In this document: positions 10,761 through 19,987 of the stretch, piece after piece
Numbering within the stretch: the first letter of the stretch is position 1
Layout of the letters: every line of letters starts with the position of its first letter
NCBI GenBank assembly: GCA_037968455.1
Contig: JBBKVN010000120.1
Location: 1 to 35,762 of the forward strand
From: Rhodoferax sp.
Lineage (GTDB): Bacteria; Pseudomonadota; Gammaproteobacteria; Burkholderiales; Burkholderiaceae_C
DNA: 35,762 nt
Reading direction: 5' to 3'
Program-made: the position numbers and the translations under genes
The notes under the pieces: model-generated
Told to the model about the DNA's origin: nothing
Databases searched by the model: none
Seen by the model: only the letters and a program-made list of their open reading frames with translations

Positions 10761-11402
10761 GTGCACATTAAAAAATACCTGTTGACGGGCTTGCTGGCTT
10801 GGCTACCACTCACGCTGACGATCTGGGTCCTGCTGTGGTTGGTAGGTCTCCTGGACGCAATTTTCGGCGGTTTTTTGACCGGCTTGGATGCCCTCACGCC
10901 TGATTCTGCGGGCCCCATCATCGAGAGGCTGCGGCATATTCCAGGATTGGGCGTGGTGTTGGTGTTCACCGCGTTGTTGCTGACGGGGGCCTTGGTCTCT
11001 AATGTGGCCGGGCGGTGGTGGGTGCGGCAGTGGAGTCGGTTGTTCACCAACATCCCGGTGTTCAAGTCGATTTACAACAGTGTGAAGAAAGTGTCCGACA
11101 CACTTTTCTCCAGCAATGGCAACGCGTTTCGTCGTGCCATGTTGATTCAGTACCCCCGCGCTGGCGTGTGGACGATTGCGTTTCAAACCGGAACGCCCGG
11201 CGGCGAAGTCGCCAGGCACTTGGGTGACGATTTGGTGAGTGTCTATGTGCCCACCACGCCGAACCCGACCAGTGGCTTTTTCCTCATGTTGCCGCGCGCT
11301 GATGTCATCGAGCTGCAAATGAGTGTGGATGAAGCACTGACTTACGTGATTTCCATGGGCTCCGTGGCGCCTTCTGTGCCTATGAGCCTTCCTCGGAAAT
11401 AG
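10761..11402 (+). CDS. DUF502 membrane protein
   Basis: Motifs KKYLLTGLLAWLPL, IYNSVKKVSDT, VYVPTTPNPTSGF. GTG start uncertain. Confidence 0.9.
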   Translation: MHIKKYLLTGLLAWLPLTLTIWVLLWLVGLLDAIFGGFLTGLDALTPDSAGPIIERLRHIPGLGVVLVFTALLLTGALVSNVAGRWWVRQWSRLFTNIPVFKSIYNSVKKVSDTLFSSNGNAFRRAMLIQYPRAGVWTIAFQTGTPGGEVARHLGDDLVSVYVPTTPNPTSGFFLMLPRADVIELQMSVDEALTYVISMGSVAPSVPMSLPRK

Positions 11403-11449
11403 ATTTGACAACCTGTACCGCCCGTTTGGGTGGACTTTGAAAGCTGAAT

Positions 11450-13264
11450 ATGGCGATGCGTACCCATTATTGCGGTCTTGTGACCGATGCCCTGTTAGGT
11501 GAAACCGTCACGTTGTGTGGCTGGGTGAACCGTCGCCGTGACCATGGTGGCGTGATTTTTGTCGATGTCCGTGACCGTGAAGGCTACGTGCAGGTCGTTT
11601 GCGACCCGGACCGGGCTGACATGTTCAAGACGGCCGAAGACATTCGCAATGAGTTCTGCATTCAGATCAAAGGCGTGGTGCGCGCGCGTCCAGAAGGCAC
11701 AACCAACGACAACCTGAAGAGCGGCAAGATTGAAGTGTTGTGTCATGAGTTGACGGTGCTGAACCCCTCAGTCACGCCGCCATTCCAGTTGGATGACGAG
11801 AATTTGAGCGAGACCACTCGTTTGACGCACCGCGTGCTGGATTTGCGTCGTCCCTACATGCAAAACAACCTGATGCTGCGCTACCGCGTGTCGATGGAAG
11901 TGCGCAAGTTTCTGGATGCCAATGGCTTTATCGATATTGAAACTCCGATGCTGGGCAAGTCGACCCCCGAAGGCGCGCGTGACTACCTCGTGCCAAGTCG
12001 GGTTCATGACGGCCACTTTTTTGCCCTGCCACAGAGCCCCCAGTTGTTCAAGCAGCTGTTGATGGTGGCCGGCTATGACCGCTATTACCAAATCACCAAA
12101 TGCTTCCGTGATGAAGACTTGCGCGCTGATCGTCAGCCTGAGTTCACCCAGATTGATATTGAGACCTCCTTCCTGAGCGAGCAAGAAATCCGTGACATGT
12201 TCCAGGGCATGATCACCACGGTGTTCCAGAACACGTTGAACGTCGATCTGGGCGAGTTCCCCGTGATGACTTATGCTGAGGCCATGCACCGCTACGGTTC
12301 GGACAAGCCGGACCTGCGTGTGAAGTTGGAGTTCACCGAGTTGACGGATGTCATGACCGATGTGGATTTCAAAGTGTTTGCGGGCGCTGCGACCATGAAA
12401 GATGGCCGCGTCGTGGGCCTGCGCATTCCAGGCGGTGCACGCGAAACCGGCGGTTTGAGCCGCGGCGAGATTGACGCCTACACCGAGTTCGTCAAGATCT
12501 ATGGCGCCAAAGGCTTGGCCTACATCAAAGTCAACGACTTGGCCAAAGGCCGTGACGGCCTGCAGTCGCCAATTGTCAAGAACATTCATGACAAGGCCAT
12601 TGCCGAAGTGCTTGCACGCACTGGCGCCCAAGACGGCGATTTGATTTTCTTTGGCGCCGACAAAGCCAAGGTGGTCAATGACGCCATTGGCGCCCTGCGC
12701 ATCAAGGTGGGTCATAGCGAGTTCGGCAAGGCCAACGGCTTGTTCGAGAAGGGCTGGCGTCCGATGTGGGTGGTGGACTTCCCCATGTTTGAGTTTGACG
12801 AAGAGGCCCAGCGCTACACAGCCGTTCACCATCCGTTTACCGCACCCAAAGAGGGTCACGAGGACTGGATGGTCACGGCGCCTGAGAAATGTATTTCCCA
12901 AGGTTATGACATGGTCTTGAATGGCTGGGAAATGGGCGGTGGCTCCGTTCGTATTCACCGTGCTGATGTACAGCAGAAGGTCTTTGATGCACTCAAGATT
13001 TCCCCAGAAGATGCACAAGAAAAATTCGGATTCCTGTTGGATGCGTTGCAATACGGCGCGCCTCCACATGGCGGTTTGGCTTTCGGTTTGGACCGTATCG
13101 TCACTTTGATGACAGGCGCAGAGTCCATTCGCGACGTGATTGCCTTCCCCAAAACTCAGCGCGCCCAGTGTCTCTTGACGCAGGCCCCTTCAACGGTCGA
13201 AGAAAAGCAATTGCGCGAGTTGCACATCCGATTGCGAGCGATTGAGCCCGCCAAGGCTGTTTGA
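11450..13264 (+). CDS. aspS: Aspartate--tRNA ligase, probably non-discriminating (Asp/Asn)
   Basis: Motifs [68 protein letters not shown]. Confidence 0.98.
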   Translation: MAMRTHYCGLVTDALLGETVTLCGWVNRRRDHGGVIFVDVRDREGYVQVVCDPDRADMFKTAEDIRNEFCIQIKGVVRARPEGTTNDNLKSGKIEVLCHELTVLNPSVTPPFQLDDENLSETTRLTHRVLDLRRPYMQNNLMLRYRVSMEVRKFLDANGFIDIETPMLGKSTPEGARDYLVPSRVHDGHFFALPQSPQLFKQLLMVAGYDRYYQITKCFRDEDLRADRQPEFTQIDIETSFLSEQEIRDMFQGMITTVFQNTLNVDLGEFPVMTYAEAMHRYGSDKPDLRVKLEFTELTDVMTDVDFKVFAGAATMKDGRVVGLRIPGGARETGGLSRGEIDAYTEFVKIYGAKGLAYIKVNDLAKGRDGLQSPIVKNIHDKAIAEVLARTGAQDGDLIFFGADKAKVVNDAIGALRIKVGHSEFGKANGLFEKGWRPMWVVDFPMFEFDEEAQRYTAVHHPFTAPKEGHEDWMVTAPEKCISQGYDMVLNGWEMGGGSVRIHRADVQQKVFDALKISPEDAQEKFGFLLDALQYGAPPHGGLAFGLDRIVTLMTGAESIRDVIAFPKTQRAQCLLTQAPSTVEEKQLRELHIRLRAIEPAKAV

Positions 13265-13295
13265 CGATATCCTGAGCAAGGCTTCAGGCAGAATG

Positions 13296-13323
13296 AAAGG
13301 GCGCTTTTGAAGTGCCCTTTTTT
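13296..13323 (+). terminator. Rho-independent terminator after aspS
   Basis: AAAGGGCGCTT-TTG-AAGTGCCCTTT + TTT. Confidence 0.75.
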
Positions 13324-13803
13324 ATGCACCCTCCATTCAAGATCCCTCAATCCGTGCTCGTGGTAATTTACACCTCGGCACTGGACGTGTTGTTGATCAA
13401 ACGTGCTGACGCGGCGAACTTCTGGCAGTCCGTGACGGGCAGCAAGGACTCGCTGGGCGAAGCGTTTCTAGAGACGGCAGCGCGAGAAGTTCAGGAAGAA
13501 ACCGGGATGAATTGCCAAGCCGGCGCGCCATTGGCCAGAGGTTTGAGCGACTGGGGTCTTGAAAACATTTATGAAATTTACCCACAATGGCGCCACCGCT
13601 ATGCGCCTGGCGTCGTACGCAATACGGAGCACCTCTTTGGTTTTCGGGTGCCGCCGGGAACGCCGGTTGAGCTCAATCCGAGAGAGCACACGCACCACCA
13701 ATGGTTGCCGTATCGGGACGCGGCCGCGGCTTGTTTTTCACCGTCCAATGCGGAGGCCATTTTGATGCTGCCTCGATTGGCTGACGTCAGGGATTGCTTA
13801 TGA
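13324..13803 (+). CDS. nudB: Dihydroneopterin triphosphate diphosphatase (Nudix)
   Basis: Motifs FKIPQSVLVVIY, FWQSVTGS, Nudix box REVQEETG, YPQWRHRYAPGV, NTEH. aspS-adjacent position. Exact start uncertain. Confidence 0.93.
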   Translation: MHPPFKIPQSVLVVIYTSALDVLLIKRADAANFWQSVTGSKDSLGEAFLETAAREVQEETGMNCQAGAPLARGLSDWGLENIYEIYPQWRHRYAPGVVRNTEHLFGFRVPPGTPVELNPREHTHHQWLPYRDAAAACFSPSNAEAILMLPRLADVRDCL

Positions 13804-14534
13804 ATACCGTGAGAGTCGCCACCTACAACATTCACAAGGGGGTGCAAGGGATGGGCCCCCAGCGCCGCCTGGAAATTCATAACCTGGGCCATGCCGTTGA
13901 GCAACTCGACGCAGACATTGTTTGCCTGCAAGAAGTTCGCAAGGTGCACCGCCGCGAAGAGCAATATTTCACCCAATGGCCCGATTTGCCCCAGGCTGAT
14001 TTTCTGGCTCCTGAGGGTTACGAGGCCATTTACCGCACCAACGCGTACACACGAGATGGTGAGCACGGCAATGCCATGCTGTCTCGCTGGCCGGTGAGCC
14101 GCCATCAGCACGAGGACATGTCCGACCACCGTTTCGAGCAACGTGGTCTGTTGCACTCCGAAGTGGTGTTGCATGACCAGGTCGTGCACGTTGTCGTGGT
14201 GCACCTGGGGCTGATTCGCGCCAGCCGCGCTCGTCAGATTATTCAGTTGCAGCGCTTTATTCAGCGTGAAGTTCCCGCCAACGCCCCTTTGCTGGTCGCT
14301 GGAGATTTCAACGATTGGGGCGACATGGTGCAACGGGCCCTGATGACGTCCGGGCTGCAAACATTTGCGGGGCCGCGCCAGCGCACCTTTCCCGCGCGTT
14401 TGCCCTTGGTTCAGTTGGACTATGTCTATGCCAGGGGCTTAACGCCCTTGGGCGTTGAGGTGCCGCGAGGGCGAAACTGGTGGCGCATGTCAGATCATTT
14501 GCCCTTGATTGCCGAGTTTGGACTCCCGACTTAA
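13800..14534 (+). CDS. Endonuclease/exonuclease/phosphatase family protein (YbhP-like)
   Basis: Motifs ATYNIHKG, DIVCLQEV, HGNAMLSR, AGDFNDW, LDYVY, SDHLPL. ATGA overlap with nudB; precedes clsB as ybhP does. Confidence 0.9.
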   Translation: MNTVRVATYNIHKGVQGMGPQRRLEIHNLGHAVEQLDADIVCLQEVRKVHRREEQYFTQWPDLPQADFLAPEGYEAIYRTNAYTRDGEHGNAMLSRWPVSRHQHEDMSDHRFEQRGLLHSEVVLHDQVVHVVVVHLGLIRASRARQIIQLQRFIQREVPANAPLLVAGDFNDWGDMVQRALMTSGLQTFAGPRQRTFPARLPLVQLDYVYARGLTPLGVEVPRGRNWWRMSDHLPLIAEFGLPT

Positions 14535-14544
14535 AGCGCCATCC

Positions 14545-15768
14545 ATGTCGCAACTTCAGGCCGGTCACCAACTGAGTTTGCTGCAAGGCGCGCAGTTTTT
14601 TTTTCCAGAGTTGGTCAGCGCTATCGATCAAAGCGCTCATGAAGTGCGTCTGGAGACCTATATCTTCAGCATGGAGGGCTCGGGTATCCAGATTGCAGAG
14701 GCACTGGAGCGCGCCGCGCGCCGTGGCGTGGCTGTTTTTTTGGTCATGGACGGTGTCGGAACTCCGACGCTGCCAAAGCCATGGGTGACTCGTTTTGACG
14801 CGGCGGGTGTGGCTTGGCGGATTTTTTCTCCACTGGGGCGTCTGGGGCTGCTGATGCCGGGCCGCTGGCGACGCATGCACCGCAAGTTGTGCGTGATCGA
14901 TGGCATGGTCGCATTTTGCGGTGGCATCAATGTGCTGGACGATTTTTATGACCCCAACCACGGCGCGTTGGATGTGCCCCGGTTGGACTTTCATGTGCGC
15001 GTTACCGGTCCACTGGTTCAGGCTGCCCATGCTGCAATGGTTCAATTTTGGTGGCGCATGCAGGCGGTTCGCAGGGTTCGCGAGGTCGACTTCTCTGCCT
15101 CTTGGCTCCTGCTTCAAGAGGCGGCTGCACGCGCCCTGAAGGCCAAGAGCACGGACTCATTGGCGACGCCAGAGGCGGGCCCGCAAGCCAGCGGTGCCGT
15201 GGCCGAATTGGTGTTGCGCGACAATTTGCGCCACCGCGCGCGAATCGAACGGGCTTATAGGCAAGCCATTGGTGAGGCCCGCAAGGAAATCATCATTGCC
15301 AACGCCTACTTTTTGCCCGGCCGAAAACTGCGAAAAGGATTGATCCACGCCGCTCAGCGAGGTGTGCGGGTGCGTTTGTTGTTGCAGGGGCGTTATGAGT
15401 ATTTCATGCAATTTCATGCCACGAGGCCGGTCTACGGCGCTTTGCTGGACGCCGGCATTGAAATTCATGAGTACGCGATCAGCTTCCTGCACGCCAAGGT
15501 GGCGGTCATTGATGGGCGCTGGGCCACGGTTGGCTCCTCCAACCTGGATCCCTTGAGCCTGCTGTTGGCTCGTGAAGCCAATGTGGTGATTGAGGACCAA
15601 GGCTTCGCCCAGGAGTTGCGGGAGCGGCTTGAAGACGCCATGGTCAAAGGCGGAACCCGGGTTGATCCGGCGGCCTTTGCCAATCGGCCGTTGCGCCAGC
15701 GGCTTCTGGACCGGCTGGCGTTTGGTTTGTTGCGTTTGATTTTGTTTCTGACCGGAAAACGCTATTGA
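14545..15768 (+). CDS. clsB: Cardiolipin synthase B
   Basis: Two HKD motifs (MHRKLCVIDG, LHAKVAVIDG) and no N-terminal TM pair. Start set at ATG 14545. Confidence 0.92.
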   Translation: MSQLQAGHQLSLLQGAQFFFPELVSAIDQSAHEVRLETYIFSMEGSGIQIAEALERAARRGVAVFLVMDGVGTPTLPKPWVTRFDAAGVAWRIFSPLGRLGLLMPGRWRRMHRKLCVIDGMVAFCGGINVLDDFYDPNHGALDVPRLDFHVRVTGPLVQAAHAAMVQFWWRMQAVRRVREVDFSASWLLLQEAAARALKAKSTDSLATPEAGPQASGAVAELVLRDNLRHRARIERAYRQAIGEARKEIIIANAYFLPGRKLRKGLIHAAQRGVRVRLLLQGRYEYFMQFHATRPVYGALLDAGIEIHEYAISFLHAKVAVIDGRWATVGSSNLDPLSLLLAREANVVIEDQGFAQELRERLEDAMVKGGTRVDPAAFANRPLRQRLLDRLAFGLLRLILFLTGKRY

Positions 15769-15814
15769 TTTCGTAGCTTATTACGCAGGTGGTTAAAGGG
15801 CTACAGCCTAAAAA
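15761..15814 (+). repeat. 54-bp dispersed palindrome-headed repeat overlapping clsB stop codon
   Basis: GCTATTGATTTCGTAGCTTATTACGC...AAGGGCTACAGCC. Same 17-nt GCTA-N9-TAGC head, CGC at +24-26, and AAGGGxTxxAGCC in the same register as the 6240 copy. Confidence 0.7.
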
Positions 15815-15852
15815 CCCTACTATTAAAACGCTGATACCATTCGTCTCTGTCT

Positions 15853-16572
15853 ATGAATATCCAACGAACCATGAACATTAGCGATTCCGACGAGGGAACA
15901 CCGGTCTCCGTCAAAATTAGGGAACGACTGGTTGCGGCACGAAAGCGCTTCAATGCCAACGACAATATCGCCGAGTTCATTGAGCCGGGCGAGTTGGAGC
16001 GCTTGCTCGATGAGGTGGAAGAAAAAATGAAGGGCGTGCTGAGCAGCATGGTGATTGACACCGAGCATGATCACAACACGGACAAGACAGCCCGCCGTGT
16101 GGCCAAAATGTACCTCAATGAGGTGTTTCGCGGTCGATATGTTCATGCACCGGCCATTACGGAGTTTCCTAACGCCGAGCATCTCAACGAGCTGATGATT
16201 GTGGGACCCATCACGGTACGCAGCGCCTGCAGCCACCACCTGTGCCCCGTCATTGGTCAGATCTGGATTGGTGTGTTGCCCAATGAACACACCAACGTCA
16301 TTGGCTTGTCCAAGTACGCGAGACTGGCTGAATGGGTGATGGGGCGGCCCCAAATCCAGGAAGAAGCCGTCGTGCAGTTGGCAGATCTGATTCAGGAAAA
16401 AACGCAGCCCGACGGACTGGCGATCGTGATGGAAGCCACCCACTTCTGCATGGGTTGGCGCGGCGTGAAAGATATGGACAGCAAAATGATCAATTCCGTC
16501 ATGCGCGGCAGTTTCCTTAAGGACCCGAACCTGCGCCGTGAATTTCTGTCTTTGCTTCCCAAGAAAGGTTGA
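15853..16572 (+). CDS. folE: GTP cyclohydrolase I
   Basis: Motifs TARRVAKMY, RSACSHH, IGLSKYARL, RPQIQE, HFCMGWRGV, RREFL. Start could be 15871. Confidence 0.95.
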   Translation: MNIQRTMNISDSDEGTPVSVKIRERLVAARKRFNANDNIAEFIEPGELERLLDEVEEKMKGVLSSMVIDTEHDHNTDKTARRVAKMYLNEVFRGRYVHAPAITEFPNAEHLNELMIVGPITVRSACSHHLCPVIGQIWIGVLPNEHTNVIGLSKYARLAEWVMGRPQIQEEAVVQLADLIQEKTQPDGLAIVMEATHFCMGWRGVKDMDSKMINSVMRGSFLKDPNLRREFLSLLPKKG

Positions 16573-16574
16573 CC

Positions 16575-16997
16575 ATGTTGGTTCGATTACTTTATGCCAG
16601 CCGCGCGGTGGACACGACCGCTGCTGCCATTGAAACCATTCTCACGACGTCTCGCCAACACAATCCGGAGTGTGGCATCACCGGCATTCTTTGTTATGGC
16701 GGTGGTATTTTTCTGCAAGCCATCGAAGGCGGACGCATGGCGGTTAGCGAGTTGTACGGGCACATCCAGCACGACGCGCGACACAAAGATGTAGTGCTTT
16801 TGCACTATGAGGAAATCCAGGAAAGGCGCTTTGGTGGCTGGACCATGGGCCAGGTCAACATGTCCAAGATCAACGCGTCTATTTTGCTGAAGTACGCTGA
16901 AAAACCGGTGCTCGACCCCTACTCGGTGTCTGGTAGTGTGTCGCTGGCCCTGTTGGAAGAACTGATGGCCACGGCCTCCATCATTGGGCGGGCCTAA
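16575..16997 (+). CDS. Stand-alone BLUF blue-light photoreceptor
   Basis: RLLYASR (Tyr), HN..GITGILC, FLQAIEG (Gln), DARH, RRFGGWTMG (Trp/Met). ATG lies 2 nt after the folE stop, with AAAGG RBS. Confidence 0.93.
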   Translation: MLVRLLYASRAVDTTAAAIETILTTSRQHNPECGITGILCYGGGIFLQAIEGGRMAVSELYGHIQHDARHKDVVLLHYEEIQERRFGGWTMGQVNMSKINASILLKYAEKPVLDPYSVSGSVSLALLEELMATASIIGRA

Positions 16998-17070
16998 CGC
17001 GCTGGCTGCACCTAAGCGACGGACCGAAGCCCCTGTCTCCGTCCCGTTGACGGTGCCGGCGTCCCTGCCA

Positions 17071-17916
17071 ATGTCTTTGGTGGGTTGTGACTTCTCTAGC
17101 AGTCCCAGTCGCCAAAAACCCATTGTTTTGGCCCTTGGCTCCTTGCTGGGCGGTCGGGTTCAGCTATCAAATTTGAAGTGCTTCCAATTTTTGCCTGACT
17201 TTGGTGACTGGCTGAATCAACCAGGTGACTGGGTGGGTGGCTTTGACCTGCCTTTTGGGTTGCCGCGCGAATTGGTCACGACCCTGGGTTGGCCTGATTC
17301 ATGGGAGCCCTGTGTCCGCCACTATTGCGCGATGAGCCGTGTCGACATCCGGCGCGTATTTGCCGATTTTTGTAACGCGCGGCCAGTGGGGGGCAAGTTC
17401 GCCCACAGGGCAACCGATGGTCCTGCGGGGTCCAGTCCGTCCATGCGTTGGGTGAACCCGCCAGTGGCTTACATGTTGCATGCCGGTATTCCGCTGCTCT
17501 TGAACGCAGGCGTGCACCTGCCGGGTTTGCATTCCGGTGCGCGGGAGAATCTGGACGATGCCGGTCAACCCAGGCGCGTTGGCCTTGAGGCCTATCCGGG
17601 ACTTTTGGCGCGCGAAATTTTGGGCAAGCGAAGTTACAAAAGCGACGACCGTGCCAAGCAAACCACCGATCGCTTGATCGCCCGCAAAGACCTGGTGACC
17701 GAGCTGGAACACGGGCACACTCGCTTGGGCTTGCGGCTCAAGCTGAGTCACGCACAGCGAGATGCGCTGGTCGATGACGCCCGGGGTGATTCGCTGGACG
17801 CAGTGCTTTGCCTGATGCAGGCTGGCTGGGCACAAACCCAGCAGACTCAAGGCGCACCTCGCTATGGATTACCTTTGGAAATGGATCCACTGGAAGGCTG
17901 GATCGTTACCGCCTGA
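17071..17916 (+). CDS. DUF429 family protein (predicted RNase H-like fold)
   Basis: Motifs GCDFSSSPS, GFDLPFGLP, LEAYPG, DSLDAVLC, EGWI. Start set at ATG 17071. Confidence 0.8.
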   Translation: MSLVGCDFSSSPSRQKPIVLALGSLLGGRVQLSNLKCFQFLPDFGDWLNQPGDWVGGFDLPFGLPRELVTTLGWPDSWEPCVRHYCAMSRVDIRRVFADFCNARPVGGKFAHRATDGPAGSSPSMRWVNPPVAYMLHAGIPLLLNAGVHLPGLHSGARENLDDAGQPRRVGLEAYPGLLAREILGKRSYKSDDRAKQTTDRLIARKDLVTELEHGHTRLGLRLKLSHAQRDALVDDARGDSLDAVLCLMQAGWAQTQQTQGAPRYGLPLEMDPLEGWIVTA

Positions 17917-17921
17917 GAGAG

Positions 17922-18764
17922 TCAGGCGGTTGTGGGTTTGTCGATGAGGGTTTCTGTTAGTTTCCCAGCGAGTTGGGAAATGGCCATGGCAGCGGGACAC
18001 CCAGGAGTGGTCACCATCAGCAGTTGCCGCCGCATGACTGCTTGGCGAACAGAAGGGTCTGCTGGAATGTCTCCCATGTGAATCAAGCGAACTGCTCGGC
18101 CTGGCTCGCTTGGGACAAACCGGGTAAGCACTTGCTGTAGTTGGGCCGTGATTGCGCGTCCGTCACCCATTCGGGCTGTTTGATTGACCACAACGCGAAT
18201 ATTCTGACGCTTTTGTTGGCCAACGAGTACTTTGATGGTCGCATAGGCGTCGGTGAGCGAGGTGGGCTCGGGGGTAGCGACCACCAGAACTTCCGAAGCC
18301 AGTGAGACTGCAAACAGCACCACATCAGAGATCCCCGCTCCAGTGTCGAGCAGCACAATGTCGTAGTGCGGAATGAGCCCGCTCATCACTTGCAGAAAGT
18401 CGTCGCGAACCTTGGGTGTCAGCCGAGAGTACTCGACCATGCCGGAACCTGCCAGCAGCACGGAGAACCCACCTGGCGCCTTGACAATGGCTTCTTCCAA
18501 CTTGGCTTTTCCCGTGAACACATCATGCAGCGTGAGTTTGGGGTACAGGTTAAGCACCACATCGAGGTTCGCCAAGCCAAGGTCGGCATCGAGGACCAGT
18601 ACCCGAAGACCGCGCTTGGCAAGTGCCGCAGCCAGATTGGCCGAGACAAAGGTCTTGCCAACACCGCCTTTTCCGCTGGTAATAGCCAGTACTTTGGCCA
18701 AAGGTTTTAAGGGCGCGATGGCGCTGGTAGCCTGGTCACGTGGTGGATTGAGGACATCGCTCAT
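17922..18764 (-). CDS. FlhG/FleN-like MinD/ParA-family ATPase
   Basis: Motifs TSGKGGVGKT, LDADLGLANLD, LLDTGAGI, TPEPTSLTDAYA. ATG 18764 overlaps the upstream GGDEF stop (ATGA). Confidence 0.88.
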   Translation of the reverse strand: MSDVLNPPRDQATSAIAPLKPLAKVLAITSGKGGVGKTFVSANLAAALAKRGLRVLVLDADLGLANLDVVLNLYPKLTLHDVFTGKAKLEEAIVKAPGGFSVLLAGSGMVEYSRLTPKVRDDFLQVMSGLIPHYDIVLLDTGAGISDVVLFAVSLASEVLVVATPEPTSLTDAYATIKVLVGQQKRQNIRVVVNQTARMGDGRAITAQLQQVLTRFVPSEPGRAVRLIHMGDIPADPSVRQAVMRRQLLMVTTPGCPAAMAISQLAGKLTETLIDKPTTA

Positions 18765-19552
18765 GAACAGTTCACCTTTTTCGATGTACCGCTGGCGGCA
18801 CTTTTGGAGGCGTCGCTGCCAATACTTTCGATCCACGCGGGATCGCCGGCGGCCAAATGACCGAATAGCATGTTTTTTTCCTCAGCACTCACAGAAATTT
18901 CTTGTTGAACCTCAATACAAACACGATTGCGGCCCTCGGCTTTGGACCGGTAAAGCAAGGCGTCGGCGCGCTCCACCCACAGGGTTGGTGTGGAGCGGAT
19001 CCAGATGGGGGCAAACGACCCACCAACACTTACCGTAACCTCAATATTCTGAACAGGCGACACTGAAATGGAGAGCGCTTTGACGGCTTCCCGAATGCGT
19101 TCCGCCACGATCTTGCCGAATGAGGCGAGACAACTGGGCAATATCACCGCAAATTCCTCGCCACCATAGCGTGCCACAGTGTCCATCGGGCGCACGCAAG
19201 ACGCCAGACACTTTGCAATTGCCTGCAGCACCAGATCGCCAGCATGGTGACCATAGGTGTCGTTGACCTTCTTGAAGTGATCAATGTCCAGCATCAACAA
19301 GAGAGCCGGTTCACCCGAGCGGGCGGCGACATCTATTTCCCGGCTGAGCACAGTGTGAAAGTGCCTCCGATTGGCCAGTCCAGTGAGAGGATCCTTGAGC
19401 GATAACTCGCAAAGCCCATCAAGAATGCTTTGCAGGAGTTGTGCCGGCGAACTCTCCAACTCGGATAAGCGGTTGGCAGGGTCATGCCCAACCAAGGCGC
19501 GTGCGTCATCCAGACGCAAATCACGAAGATCGATCACCGAGGATGGAGTCAT
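18761..19552 (-). CDS. Diguanylate cyclase (GGDEF domain, no obvious sensor domain)
   Basis: Motifs DPLTGLANRR, DIDHFKKVNDTYGHHAGD, RPMD I-site, GGEEF active site, ADALLYRSKAEGRNR. Start uncertain (19552). Confidence 0.92.
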   Translation of the reverse strand: MTPSSVIDLRDLRLDDARALVGHDPANRLSELESSPAQLLQSILDGLCELSLKDPLTGLANRRHFHTVLSREIDVAARSGEPALLLMLDIDHFKKVNDTYGHHAGDLVLQAIAKCLASCVRPMDTVARYGGEEFAVILPSCLASFGKIVAERIREAVKALSISVSPVQNIEVTVSVGGSFAPIWIRSTPTLWVERADALLYRSKAEGRNRVCIEVQQEISVSAEEKNMLFGHLAAGDPAWIESIGSDASKSAASGTSKKVNCS

Positions 19553-19987
19553 AGGGGCCACAGGCAAGCTGAAGATCCAAAAATTTAAGTCTAACAGCAC
19601 AGGCAAGGATGAGCGGCCGAATTAAGCCCAAATGCCACGCTAGTTTTGCCTCATCAATCACTCTCGTAGTCCTCGGAGCGATTCCATTGCTTTAGCCCAA
19701 GCCCGGCACATGATCGGTTACCTCGGGTTTAGGTGCCACGGGTGAGAGTCTCTCAATCTGCCGCCTGGATGAAGCCCACGTCAATGATGCACGTGGGGAC
19801 GTACTTAAAGCGCAAATCGGCTGACCGCATTGCCAGTCGGCGCGCTGGCCTGTAACAGAGCGAACAAGGGGTGAGGCCAGTCAGGAGTGGACCCAGGCGA
19901 TTTAGCAAAGGCATGCGCCTGGTGGGTATCAGGTCGGCTATCCTCGTGCCGGTCCAAGAGATTGCGCTCGTCCTCTACTCATTGTTC

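Noticed and set aside
19600-19720. c-di-GMP riboswitch upstream of the GGDEF gene
   Set aside because: A GGCAAA occurs on the minus strand, but I cannot find the two-stem tetraloop/receptor architecture.
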